A stretch of 58,690 nt of DNA, the filler included, from Sluysia triapertura (Eukaryota), in NCBI GenBank assembly GCA_046118255.1. It is 4 parts of 4 records of this genome, joined end to end, with 100 filler letters (N's around TTAATTAATTAA, not from the genome) between each part and the next. Parts side by side here need not be neighbours in the genome. Positions count along the whole stretch, not along the records: positions 10,922 to 26,798 come from JBJNIA010216253.1; 3 more parts are not named here. One strand, written 5' to 3'. Position numbers and translations under genes: made by a program. This document shows, piece after piece, positions 14,201 through 26,898 of this stretch. Positions within the stretch are counted from its first letter, which is position 1. Every line of letters begins with the position of its first letter. Below the pieces are notes generated by a model. The model was not told the DNA's origin and did no database searches. It saw only the letters and a program-made list of their open reading frames with translations.

Positions 14201-14590
14201 ATAAAAAGATATTATTTCAGGGGAATTACTTAAAACATTAGAAAATTTTATAATAATTTAAGCTTTAGTTAATTTTGATTATATGAAATATTTTAATTTA
14301 ATCCTAGAGTAACATGAAAATTTTTATGAAGAATATGTATGAACAGAATCGTCCACAATAAACACGTGCATTTAGAAATGTGTTCTTTACTTTACTAACT
14401 ATTATCATAAAAAGATGAATTACCATCAATTTTTTTCAGTGTTAAATGAAAATGTAATTATTTACGAATCTTGATTTATAATATCGTTTTACATCTTTTT
14501 TAAAGTAATAGTTATAAAATTGAAGAATAAATATAAGATTTTATTAGGGCAAGTAGTATTTATACAATTAAAAGTATATTTGTCCTAAGT

Positions 14591-14903
14591 CAGTGATGGC
14601 GAACCAATGACCCACGGGTCAGACACTGACCCACGCAACGATTTCAAGTGATCCACAAGTTGTTTTATTCTTTTCCAACAAATTCCAAATTTTTTTAAAA
14701 TGTTTTTTCAAACAAATAGAATTAACTGTCAAATGCGTCAACTAATAAATACGAAATATGAACCTGATATTAAAAAATTATATCAAAATAGACAACAGAT
14801 TTCTCATTAAATAATGTATATTTAAACACTTAGTGACCCACGAGCTAGTCTAAAAATTAGTAAAAAAATTTGACCCACTTCTCAGAAAGGTTCGCCATCG
14901 CTG
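14591..14903 (+). mobile_element. 313-bp non-autonomous hAT (Charlie/Buster group) deletion derivative
   Basis: TIRs CAGTGATGGCGAACC / GGTTCGCCATCGCTG (14/15 match), repeated subterminal TGACCCAC, and the retained transposase C-terminus NTKYEPDIKKLYQNRQQISH*. Both flanks fit nnnTAnnn but are not identical. Confidence 0.88.
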
Positions 14904-15120
14904 ATCTATATAATTAACTTTTAGTTGAAAATTTGAAATTTGGAGTTAGTGAGTAAGTCCATTAGAAGTCATTAATTTTAAATTAGTCGATGTGATTTAG
15001 TTTCAAAAAATTATGCATAATGGATGTCTGATTCTTTACATTTCTGAGTTATATTTTGAAGTCACATATTTCAAAAATTAAGCTCATTATTTTTTTATTT
15101 CTTAATTTTTATTATTTAAA

Positions 15121-18100
15121 ATGAATATTATAAATGAAACCGGAAAACTGCCAAGATATTTATTAAAGGTAAGTTAAATTTAAGCATTTGTTTGTATCGT
15201 TGTATTTTTGTAAAAATAAAATTTAATTAGATTATATAATGCTGCTATAATGTCGATTTCATGTATTTTTTTATAAAAGTAATATTTCTATTAGTAAATT
15301 TTATTTTTACAATTAATAATAATCCATATAGTATCAGAATATAATGACAAATTTAATTTCACAAAATTTAAAATTAATACAGAATAAAATTGATGCTGTT
15401 TATAAATTGGTAAGTTTATAAAGCTGATCATTGTCTTTATTGTGAAACATAAAATTAGTTAATATTCACATTTAGACTAATAAATGCTTAAAATATCCAA
15501 AAGTTATTGCAGTTAGCAAAACGAAACCAATCGAAGATATAATTGAAGCTTATAATTGTGGTATTCGGGAATTTGGAGAAAATTATGTGCAAGAATTATT
15601 AGTAAAAGCAAATAATGATCGTGTTATTACAGAATGTCCTGAAATAAAATGGCACTATATCGGGGCAATGCAAAAGAATAAATTATCCAAATTTGTGAGT
15701 AAGTTTAACTTCAATATTAATTGTTTATTTTAAGAGGTGCGGAATTTAGAATCTATTCAAACATTAAGTGATAAAAACATGGCATTTTTGCTTAATGAAA
15801 GATGGAGCAAAGCTAATATGCAGCCGCTTAAAATTATGGTACAAGTTAATACAAGTGAAGAACAAGGTTTGGGTTATTTTAAGTTCTAAAATTTGATTTA
15901 ATTAATTACATTTTTGCAAAAAGTATTTTATAAATTTTTGCATTTCACATAATTTAAGATTAATTAAAAATATAGTTATTAAGAACTTCAATTTTGGGAT
16001 GACTTATTTTCGGGAAAGCACGATAAAATGTCAATAAATCAAATAAAATAATTAAATTTCAGGCTTGAACTAACTGAATAACTTTGATGTTAACATTTTG
16101 AAGTTATAAATTTAGCTATTCTTATCTACACATTCAAGTCTGCATATTAAAATCGATTGAAAACTTTGCATCATCGTTTTGTTTCAACTTGAATCATAGA
16201 TTTTTAGTATTTATTTATTTGTTCCTATTTGCAAATCACCTAAAATGCACGCAGTAAACAAAGATAAAGGCGTTTAATAAATAACAAAGTTGACGTTGGG
16301 TATTAATGGGTTAATGCGAATTACCCTATTTTATTTTTCCTTGTTTAATACAATATCTTCAATTATTGGATTATATTAGAGTCCTGCAGTAACAATAACG
16401 ACTTAATTCGTTATTAATGATTTTTCCGTGCTTGTACTTAAGGCAAACTAAATAATATAAACAATTTTTCTTTGGTGGCTCTAAGACATACATTTTTATG
16501 CTATGTATTATTACAATTTTATTCTAAATCGCACGATTTAAATAGAACACAAATTAAACATACCATACTTTTTTCAACGTTTCTTACACATTTGTCGTAC
16601 CTTCGATACATTTAATATCTTTCGTATGATGTCCTCAAATGCGTTTAATACAAGTTCAATCATTATAATATTTCTAAGTTTGAAATAACCTTATCTTTAC
16701 TTTAAAATTGTCAATCTTGAAATTCTTTGAGATAAAGTGTTATTAAATATCTTTTTACTTAAATATTAACCATTACTTATCGAACTTAACCATTTTTTAA
16801 ATAACCTCATTATCAGTGTCAGCATTCTCAACAAAACTGCTCAAAACTATACTTGGCGATGCTATTGGTTGCTACGTCAATACCAACAAATTTAGTGACA
16901 TCGATATACCAAAAAGTAAAATTAACCAATCCTGAATGTGTCAAGACATACATCATGAAAATATGACCTCTTTAGTAAACCCTGAATGAGAAAACTTCAC
17001 CAATTTAGAATGAAATGAAGAAATTTTGGTTATAAAAATGTAATTAAATTAAATTACTACTTATCTTAATGTGAGTCCTCTATGATATTGGGCTTATTCA
17101 CTTAAGGACAAGCACATAGTTTTTTGCAGCTTTAACAAAAGATAAATATTTGAGGTTCTTTGTTATAATCTTTACTAACTTTGTAATTAACTAGATCTTT
17201 CTTAACACGTAGCTTATTATAATTTAGTAAATAGGTGTAATGTAACTATTACAAAATATTAATTTGGCTATTTCGATTTTATATAAGGGAATGCACTTTT
17301 AAAGATTATCTTGAATTACTAATAAATACCGAATATTATATTAAAAATTATAAGAAAATGATACAAAAGGTTAGTTGATTACAAACTAAATCAATGAATG
17401 TCAGAATATTATATTTAAATGAAAACTATAAAATAAATAACACAGAATGTAAACTAATTCAATAAGTATCAGAAAAATATATAATAAACACTGTATATAT
17501 AAAAAGAAAAATTTATTTCTTAGAAAAATTATTAATTTATTTAACTCCACTTTAATTTATTTGTGAATTGTGGGATACAGATTTATTAAGTGTTAGTTTT
17601 TAGTATAACACGTCAGATATCCGATTTTAATAGTGTTATTTAAGTTATAAAATCAGTTATAAATATTAATTTTATTAATTAATATTTAGTTGTTTTGATA
17701 TTTTAAAATGATTTTATTTGGTAATAGAAAAAACAAAATAACTCGATTTTAATATTACCTCTATTTTATATAATTTTAAAAAAAATTCTCTTAAAAATAA
17801 TTAAACTAACGATTAGCTTAATAGAATCACTTCAAATCAATAATTGTTTATCAATATTCAAACTGTTTCAATTTAATTTCCAACATAATTTGTTTCTAAT
17901 CTTCAAACTATAATCTTCACTATTCTAAAAATTTATCTAAAAAATTCTTAAGTAAAATTCATAACATATTTTCTATATATATATTTCTTTGTTTATAGTT
18001 GTTACGCCAACACTTTATTTGTTTTAATACTAATAAAATTTTTATGATAATAATTTTGAAATAATAAATTTTTTTAATATTTAATATTTATAAAAGTATT

Positions 18101-21100
18101 TTCTATTTAAATATTTTATAAATTTAAATTTTACCTATTTATATATTTAATAATTTCATAATACTACTTTATTATGTAATAATATTATTTTATTATCAAA
18201 TTTTACATTACAGTTTTACATTAACATATTAAATTCTAGTCATAAAATTAATAACTTATGCTAGGCGTACGCAAACTTTTTAAGTTGCGCCCAAATTTCA
18301 ACGTATTTATTTTTGGTGCCTCCAACTTAATAAAAAATCAACGCCACTATACAAAAAACTTCATAAATAAAATAAACACCTTTTTAACACATTATGAGCG
18401 GGTATTAGTACCCGTATTGTATTTTTCTGTTTCTTATAAATTAAATAAATTAAATATTTTGAAAACAACAGTTCTAATTCTTTAGCAAAAATAAAGAAAA
18501 GTTAACAAAATTAAATTTTTATTCTTTATATCAAAAATGTAATATTATGTCTGTTAATATATTTCACTTCTGTGAAATATTAATATTTTTTCAACACGTC
18601 GCTGTTATTTAATAGCTTCTAATTTTAGATCGAATTTTGAATTTCAACCGTACTAAGACTCATTTTCCTAAGTAACGTTTATAAATTAAGAATTTCATTA
18701 TCCCTTTGTTTAAACTACTAGATATTCGTCGCTATTTTGATGTTAATGTTATAGTTTTACTATAAATTCGATTTGGCATTATTTCGAAATGAAAAAGCTT
18801 TTAGTTTTTGTTTATAATAATGTGAAACGTGAGTCCCCCACGATCCTAGTCTTACACACTTAAGCGCTAGTTCGTAGGTATTAGCAAAAATAAATTATTA
18901 GTGGAGGTTTAATCTAGTTGACTTGGTGCTTCGTTAAGTTTGTTTTTCTAAATTTGTACTGATTTTAATTGTAATAATAATAATTAAATACGGTTAATTT
19001 TTCGGTTTAATCATTTAATAATGATTGATAGTCAAGTCTGATTTGGCACTGTTTACCGTGTGCGTTATTCAAATTAAAATATTCGTAACAATTCTAACAA
19101 ATTAAAATGTATTAATAGCAAAAAAAACAATTAAAAATGTACAATAGTTAAAGCTTTATAAATAGAAATATAAATTGTAGTTTGATACGTAATTAAAGAA
19201 TAAGATACATAATATACATATTGATTAATAATTTAAAAGGTCCTCTAAAAATTATAAATGAAATATTAAGTCAAATTTTTCTACCAATAAACAAGGTATA
19301 AACTAACGACCGAATTAATCAAATTGAATTCGAAAAAAGAACATGTATTCGGCAACGGTGAAATTTGCTAAAAATTTATCCCGAGATAATAAGTTTGTAA
19401 ATGAAAATAAATGGTTGTGCATATTTTTATATAGTTTTCAACAATTCATTCAAACAAATTAAAACAATCTAAAAGACTTGGTATAATATTAGTTTAATAT
19501 TCAATTCCACATTTATAAATTCATATATTTAGTACAAGCATTGTTTTAATACAATTATTTTAAACTATTATAAACAATTGTATTGATTTTATTTAGCATA
19601 TTAACTGTTCATACTTGTATATTAACTACTTACCTGTCCGCATACTGACATTCTATGTAATGTAAAAAGTTGTTTCCCAAAATTAAATTTAACGGTATTA
19701 TTGCAGTTTCCCTCGTATTAATGTGCAGCTTTAATAGATTGCCGTCATCAATAACAAAATAGATAGTTGTTACCACATAAATGATAATTTATATTTAGAC
19801 GTGCATGCGTAATGAATTGATCAATACATTTATGAAACTTATTTAGGTAAACAGGGCCTTCAAGTAGAAGAAGTTGTAGAGTTTGTTAAATATTTGCTGG
19901 AAAATTGTCACTACTTGAAATTTATTGGCCTGATGACGATTGGTCAATTGGCAAGGTCATACTCAGAAGATACCAACAAAGATTTTCTGGTTATAATACA
20001 ATATTTCTATGTATTCGATGTTAAAAAATGTTAAATTTTATTTTAAACTTGACAGTCGAATTCGATGCGGTTTTATAAAGGATATCCTAAATCAGTGCTT
20101 CTTAAGCTCGATTCTTACGACTTTTGGCACGAAAAGGTTTTAGACGACTTTGTTTTTTCCAAAAAATGGAATCTATGAAATGAAGATTTTGTTTAAAGTT
20201 CTTTATTTAAGAAAATTTTAAAAACAAAAAAGATAACATTGAATGCTACGTTAATTTTGCATGGCTTGCTCGACTGGCCAAAATGAATTTCTCGCTATGT
20301 GTTGCATATTTTGATGGAATATTATTTTACAACAGAACAGTTAATTTTTGTAAGCATTTAAATTCACTGAGGTCAAACCACGGCGCTGAAAGGCACTGTT
20401 ATTTTATTTTATTCTGGTTGAGTGCATCAAACAATTATAACAACCGAAGTTGTTTATTACCACATTCAGATCCTGTTATTTTATTTATTCTGGTTGAGTG
20501 CATCAAACAATTATAACAACCGAAGTTGTTTATTACCACATTCAGATCCTGTTATTTTACCGAATATATATTAATTTTTGCATTTCCCATCCTGTTTTAA
20601 TTACTTAGTCAGCCCTAAAATTAATTTGATGCGACAAGTAAAGATGATGCCTCGAATAATTCGATTTATTTTCATCAGATTACTCTAACGACGCCGAGTA
20701 TTATCAGAAATATGGAGCAAGTTCTTCAAACAATGACCAGATGACCATATGACAGGATTCTTGCCTCGTAGAAATCGAATTGAATCAGACAATGAAGATG
20801 AGCATTAAATATTTAATCGAGTTATGTGTTTCTAATAATTTTGGCTTCGCCGGTCACCGGTGAACCCCGTGGCATTCAGCGTGTTAAAAATGAAAAAGCG
20901 AAAAAGTAAAATATGTTGAAAATGTCATTAGATACAAATTCTTTTAGTATTTCTAAATAAAATTATCATGTAGCATTTTTAATATTTTGAACATTTATCT
21001 ACAAGAAAATGTACAAAGACCAGGAATAACGTAATTGGATAGTTTAATAGAATATATCTGTAGTTTAATCTAATTTTTCTTCTAAGTCGATTTTTAGTCT

Positions 21101-24100
21101 GAGTTTAAAACGGAGCATAAGATTAGCAAACTTTCAGATGAATTTTAGGTTGCTTCTCTTCATATTTAAATATTTCAAACTCGAAGTCCGTAAGGGTGCC
21201 GGCCTCCACTTTCATTTAACGCAACAATAACAAAAGATGAAGAACTACAATTCATAAATTTGTTGATTGTTCTTTCGGAATATCGAATTTTATCGTTGTG
21301 CTTGATGAATGTTGTTGAATATCCTCTTCAGTTCGCCAATATATGCGGACAATTTATGTATGTTAAGAATTAGATGCAGCACTGGCTACTCATTTTTAAA
21401 AATTATAAATAATAATTTATGCAGCTTTTCAAGCCATGCAAATGTCAATAATTTGTAGTGATAAACAAAGAAAGCTGCTCAGAAATTTTCAAACTTTGAT
21501 TGTATAAACATTCGGTAATAATAAATTTTTCTCAATACTGATCTGTTTTACAAATTCATTTTATGCCAGTATGTTCTTTTATCTGAATTAACAATAAATA
21601 ATTTAATTGTGATTTTGTTTTGATTACTAATTGTTATCTTCAAATGGTCATTTAAAATTGAGTGAAATAAGAACAAATTGTATTTAAAGTCTGTTTTCAC
21701 ATTCATATTTTTATCACGAAAATTTCGAACAACTGCTCTAAATTCATATGTTATTCGATTAGAAGAGGATAGATTACAATTTCGTTCGATTCAATCATTG
21801 CAATTCATGTAATATTTTAAAATCAAATCGAAATATCCAGTGAAACGTCACTCGTTAACATTGAATGTGGTGCCACTATTCTGTCTGATTTCGAAATTTG
21901 TGTCTTTTACATAGAATATTAAAATAAAATAATTTAGTATAAATTTGTTAAATTTTAATTTTACTTTATCTCTCAAGCATCTTTATTTGTTCGGATACAT
22001 TTACAGTTGCATTTGATTTTTCAAATGTACACAAAGCTTTTGCATAAAAATGCGGTTGCCACATTGAATCTGAGAAGGCACTTTCGGATTGACATATCTT
22101 AAGTATTGTAGAAGTTAAGGATTAGTAAATGAATCAGCATCATAAAATGTCTATGAGCTTTCAATAGTTAAATAATTCGTCGGAGTTATGTAGCATGATG
22201 AAACCTAATCGACATTATTATAAAAATTTGCACAAATGAAATAGAATTTTGTTTTCCTTTTAAGATGTTTTGTGGGTGAATATAGATTAAGAAAGTTATA
22301 TAATATGTAATAGTAGGAGTTCGGTATGTTTTAATGTATGTTTACGATGTGATGAATGTGTTTTATTGTGTGTTTTGCAGTTTAAATTTTTCTATATCAT
22401 TTTAAAAAGAAGTCAGGTAAACAATCAAAATTTTTGAGAGAGCAAACAAAGTGCTCGGTTTCTGATTTCCTGTAACTCTAAAACTTACCTAGCGGCAAAA
22501 TAAATTAATATCTAGAGTTCGCTTACAGTATGCGATTTACCAATGGCGTAATCTGCAAGTAACGTGAAAATATGCCTAGGAATAACGGTGAAGATATCCG
22601 TGCAATAACGTGCTTCTCTAATGTCTTTAAAATTCAATTATTTATTAAATATTACTATAACGGAGTCTAATTCACGAATCAATTTAAGATTATTTTAGTT
22701 CACGCAGTGAATGATGGCAACCAACGTGTCTTTAATGCTAAAATAATGTAACTTCAAGTCTTAATGTTGCCTACAGATTTGTATTGTAACTTTTACGCGA
22801 AACTTTAGTAAATCACAACGTTAAAATTAGAGAAAGTGTATTCGTTAAAAAGAAAATATAATATATAAATTCAAATTTATCAAGACAACAATATAAGCAA
22901 TAATAATAATAATAACAATAAATGATTTTAAATAAGTTGGCCTAACCGAAGGACTCGGTCAAATGGATTTATATTTTATAATTGGCCTTGCGGACCAACT
23001 GAAAATCAAGTTTTTTAAGTAAATATTTTAACTCTTACGAGTGTGCAATCTATTTAAAATAAAGTTACTTCTTAATATTGCTTTATAACAGAAATTGGAA
23101 TTGATTAAATAAAAAATTTGATTTGATTTTCGGATAACTAAATTTCTCGTTGTAGAAATAAATATGATATGTAGAATAAATATGATATTTTAAACACTTA
23201 GTTTGTATGGTTGGAGCCTTGTATCATAAATTATTTTTGTGAAAAATCGATTGTATAACTTATTTATGTGTTTCCTATTGTCTAACCTCTTTGTACAGCA
23301 ATATTGTGCTTTATTTGTTTGATCTAAGATGGCGATTCTTGTGTTGTTAACTTGTGTATCACTTGTGATTTTTACTATTTCTTACATTATATACTGTACA
23401 GAAACCATATTAAAAATTTAGTTAATTAAAACAACCTGTTCTAGGATGTTCTGTTTTCTTTGTAATTTAAATTTTATTTTTAATAATATTTAATTTTAAT
23501 ATTTATAATTTTTTAATAAATACACGAAACGTAAAATAAAAATGCATAAAATATAAAATAAATAATAAAATATAAATTTTAAACAAAAATGTTAATTTAC
23601 AACCTTACAAAAGCAAATCAATGAAATTTCAATTGATCTGGCCAAGGTCAGCGATATTGGTACTTTTATTCTATAAAATGAAAGAAAGAATTCGATTTTG
23701 AATATCAAGTGTTATATCTTCCAAATAGGAAACTATATCTAATGAACCGAATAATATAGATTACCGTTGAAATGTCGTATTTCATTATCTGTCTGTTGTA
23801 ACTATTACTGCTATTGCAACTAACTTTTATATCACTTTTATTATCCGATTCGATAAAATATTGAAGATGTATGCTTCTCAGTTCAAGACTCCACCAAGAA
23901 TTAGATAGATGTGCCAACTTGTGGGCCTCATTTTGGGCCACACTGAAAATGTTAAATCCCCCTCCGCAATTTTAAATAATCGAGTTAATAAAAGAGACCT
24001 TAAGCCAATTTATTAATCGATACAAATGTGACAGATAATATTAATGTTTTCCTCGATTGAATTCTATCAAGCCGTATATTTATCGAAAGATCTTACTGAA

Positions 24101-24983
24101 GCAAACGCATTCAAACGTCGTTATTTAGAAAACGTATTTTTCCTTAATTAAGTTAAATTGAGGATCTGGGATTTCTTCTTCTACCTTTCCGTGCTCAACA
24201 TTATCAATAGTGATATTATTTCACAAATATTTTAAGATGTTAATCACTTTGCAAAGTTACCGAATGGCCTTGACGATTCTTAAAAGTTTGCAAAATCTCA
24301 CTTTGTGTCAAAGTTGATAAATACAAGGGCACTTTTAAGACAGTCTCGAGTTCCTTCAAGGATCATCTCCCAATATTACAAAGATCTTCGGAATTTCTAA
24401 GGTGCTCTTTGGCGAGTAACACGATTACAGATACTTTAATCTTCAACTATTCGAGCTACTTTACTCATTCCCACAAACAGTGGAGTAAATAATTATTAAT
24501 TATTCAGTTAATAATTTACTAAAAATACTCCGCATAAAATATAAATATTAAATTTTATTAATCCATTAACTTCTTCGAATTTTTGACCGGAAATGTTATT
24601 TATGTGCACAAAAAGTGGTATAACACTATAATTACATTTGAAGTAAGTATAAATGACATCTGCTCCACAACGTCCAAACGGGGATCTTGGTAGTTAATGG
24701 AATGAAAATAACTTCAGGTGCAAAATTGATTTATTGGTGTCTCAACATCCTATAAATATTTTCACAATGACGACTTAATTAAATTTGTTTTTTGCATTTT
24801 TATTATTTATGGATTACATTATATTATTATTACCATCACCATTATTATCATTTTATTATTATTATTGTCAATATTATTATTCAGAGTTTGATTGAATGTC
24901 GTGAAAAAGTTTCTGAACAACTGAAAATCCCTCTTGAAGATATTGATTTGAGCATGGGAATGAGCAGTGACTACGAACATGCT
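15121..24983 (+). CDS. PLPBP: Pyridoxal-phosphate homeostasis protein (PROSC/YggS family); final exon not found
   Basis: Exons 15121-15168 (tentative), 15332-15409 (alternative ATG 15344), 15476-15698, 15735-15866, 19847-19989 and 24885-24983, with consistent phases. Motifs IAVSKTKP, FGENYVQE, WHYIG, VQVNTSEE-GKQG, GLMTIG, LSMGMSSDYEHA. Confidence 0.95.
18261..18720 (-). mobile_element. hAT-like element end, homologous to 57138-57650
   Basis: 18340-18610 closely matches the reverse complement of 57465-57645 (shared AAACTTCATAAATAAAATAAACACCTTTTT, TTCTTTAGCAAAAATAAAGAAAA, TTTTTCAACACGTCGCT); TIR-like AGGCGTACGCAAACT at about 18263. Confidence 0.65.
18830..18892 (+). repeat. Short dispersed repeat, also at 57820-57872
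   Basis: GATCCTAGTCTTACACACTTAAGCGCTAGTTCGTAGG vs GATCCTAGACTTAAACACTTAAGAGCTAATCCGTAGG. Confidence 0.75.
20396..20559. repeat. ~76-bp tandem duplication (2.1 copies)
   Basis: Units start at 20396, 20473 and 20549 and are identical except for one T indel. Confidence 0.92.
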
Positions 24984-25329
24984 GTTAGTTTTATTAGTGC
25001 TTTTAAAAGGATCCTTTTATTCGTTTGTTTAATAATAATTATTTAACAGTGCAATATTAGTAATAGTAATAATAATAATAATAATAATAAAATAATAATG
25101 TTTCTTTCCAGTATATTGATGAGTTGATTGTCTTCTTTATACTATTAAGATTGAAAGTGGCCTTTAATATATTTCAACGAATCAGATAATCAATAATCAG
25201 ATAATTGTTTTTCTTCACTTGCTATGGGACTTGTACTTGGCAACTGAATTTGTAATGAAGTTACAAAACGTAACTATAGCAACAGTTAACAATGGATATC
25301 GATTATCCTGTTAAATGCGCGACTTGTCT

Positions 25330-25885
25330 TTATCGAATATTTAATATATCGTTTGACATAAATCGAGGATCTCGTATAAACCTAAATGTTTAATCTAACA
25401 CTTTATGCCGTGTTGTCAGAGATGACATTTGTAGAACGATAATTTACAAATATAAAGAATTGTTTTATACTTACTAAAGTGCGCACGCATGTTGTCAGTG
25501 AATTTCTGGAAGGCCAGTTTTACAGTATTGTCGGAATTAAATTATTTTCCTAATTAAAAATTGTCCAAATTGCGGAAGTCACTGAGAACTGTGTCTCTGT
25601 TCTGTCATTTGCGCAGTGTTGTCTAGATAGAAGTCGATCTGTTGACCAATCTAGGCTGTTTTATCTAACTTTGTGCATCATTTCGTCTGCTTGGTTGCCG
25701 ATGGGTTTCATGAAATCATAATGGATCGCACTATGATAGACTACCAAACACCTGCTCTCAGCTTCATTTGATCATTCTTGTCCCACCACTGTTCGTAATA
25801 TTGGATCCATTTCTCGTCACAAGTGATTAGATTGATGACAAGACAACAACATCAACCAAGCTTCCAAACTCTTGCTTTCAATTCG
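25330..25885 (-). mobile_element. Mariner transposase remnant
   Basis: Fragments LITCDEKWIQY, QWWDKND, GVW*S, QPRLVNR and FNSDNTVKLAFQKF, with stops and deletions. Confidence 0.75.
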
Positions 25886-25895
25886 TATATATGTT

Positions 25896-26149
25896 CAGTG
25901 GTGGCCAAATTATTAGACTAAAACAGGAGAAATGTTTTTCTTTGGTCGTCCATCAAATAGTGGTCGTTTGGGAAAATGTGGCAGAAAGAAGGAAACATCA
26001 GTGAAAATGATAGATATTTGTAAGGAGTTTCACTCTGATTGTGTCATAGAAACTGTGAAACATCGAACTTTTGATTAATAGTTTCATAGATATCCTTGAA
26101 ATTTGTTGAATTTTACCACAAAAATGGTCTAATTATTTGGCCACCAATA
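25896..26149. mobile_element. Tc1-like MITE (~254 bp)
   Basis: Left end CAGTGGTGGCCAAATTATTAGAC, right end GTCTAATTATTTGGCCACCA (19/20 inverted match); the right terminal bases are decayed. Confidence 0.75.
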
Positions 26150-26399
26150 AAAACTTTAAAGATTGCTAAATCGAGTTTACATCCTCTATTTTTGTTGTAT
26201 ATACAAACACAATTTATATTATAACAAATTAGCAATATTATTTAATAAATAAAACACTAATAAACTATTACTTATTTATAGTTTCTAATTTTAGTACACT
26301 TTTAATTACACTATATTGCATTTGGTTAAATAAATTTCGTTTCAGAAGTATAATAGGACACATTATATAAACTTTTTATTTAAGATTCTATACAAAATT

Positions 26400-26798
26400 A
26401 GTATTTTATTGATGATCCCGAGTTTTTAAATACTTCTGCACACACCTTTTGTCATCGAATTAATCAATGTATTTACACTTTTTATTTCAATCTTTTCCCA
26501 AGATCCAATATTGCTTTTTTAACTCATATACATTGTTAAACTATTTTCATTGACTGTATATCTTAAAGGATAATTGAGACCATAAATTTTCTATTGGATT
26601 GAGATCAAGGGATCTTGCTGGCCACTCTAACACTTTTAATCCATCTTCACTGAACTTATTAAGTGTAGTTTTAGATCGATGACATTGATATTTTCTGGAA
26701 GTTTGACATACGGAACTACTACTTTTATCAAATCATAGTACTTATCACCATTAAGAGTTGATGGAACCACACGTAAAGCTAGCTTTTTATCATAAATT
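26400..26798 (-). mobile_element. Tc1-family transposase 3' part, decayed, cut by the gap
   Basis: KVLEWPARSLDLNPIENLWSQL (WPxxSPDLNPIENLW motif) followed by frameshifted C-terminal fragments (WEKI..., LINSMTK..., GSSIKY*). Confidence 0.88.
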
Positions 26799-26898
26799 NN
26801 NNNNNNNNNNNNNNNNNNNNNNNNNNNNNNNNNNNNNNNNNNTTAATTAATTAANNNNNNNNNNNNNNNNNNNNNNNNNNNNNNNNNNNNNNNNNNNN
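26799..26898. other. Assembly linker
   Basis: N44-TTAATTAATTAA-N44. Confidence 0.97.

Noticed and set aside
21100-21360. Possible fibronectin type III fragment on the minus strand
   Set aside because: Needs a frameshift and rests on few residues.
25150-25167. IESGL* as the PLPBP terminal exon
   Set aside because: Stops before the conserved VRVG..IFG motif.
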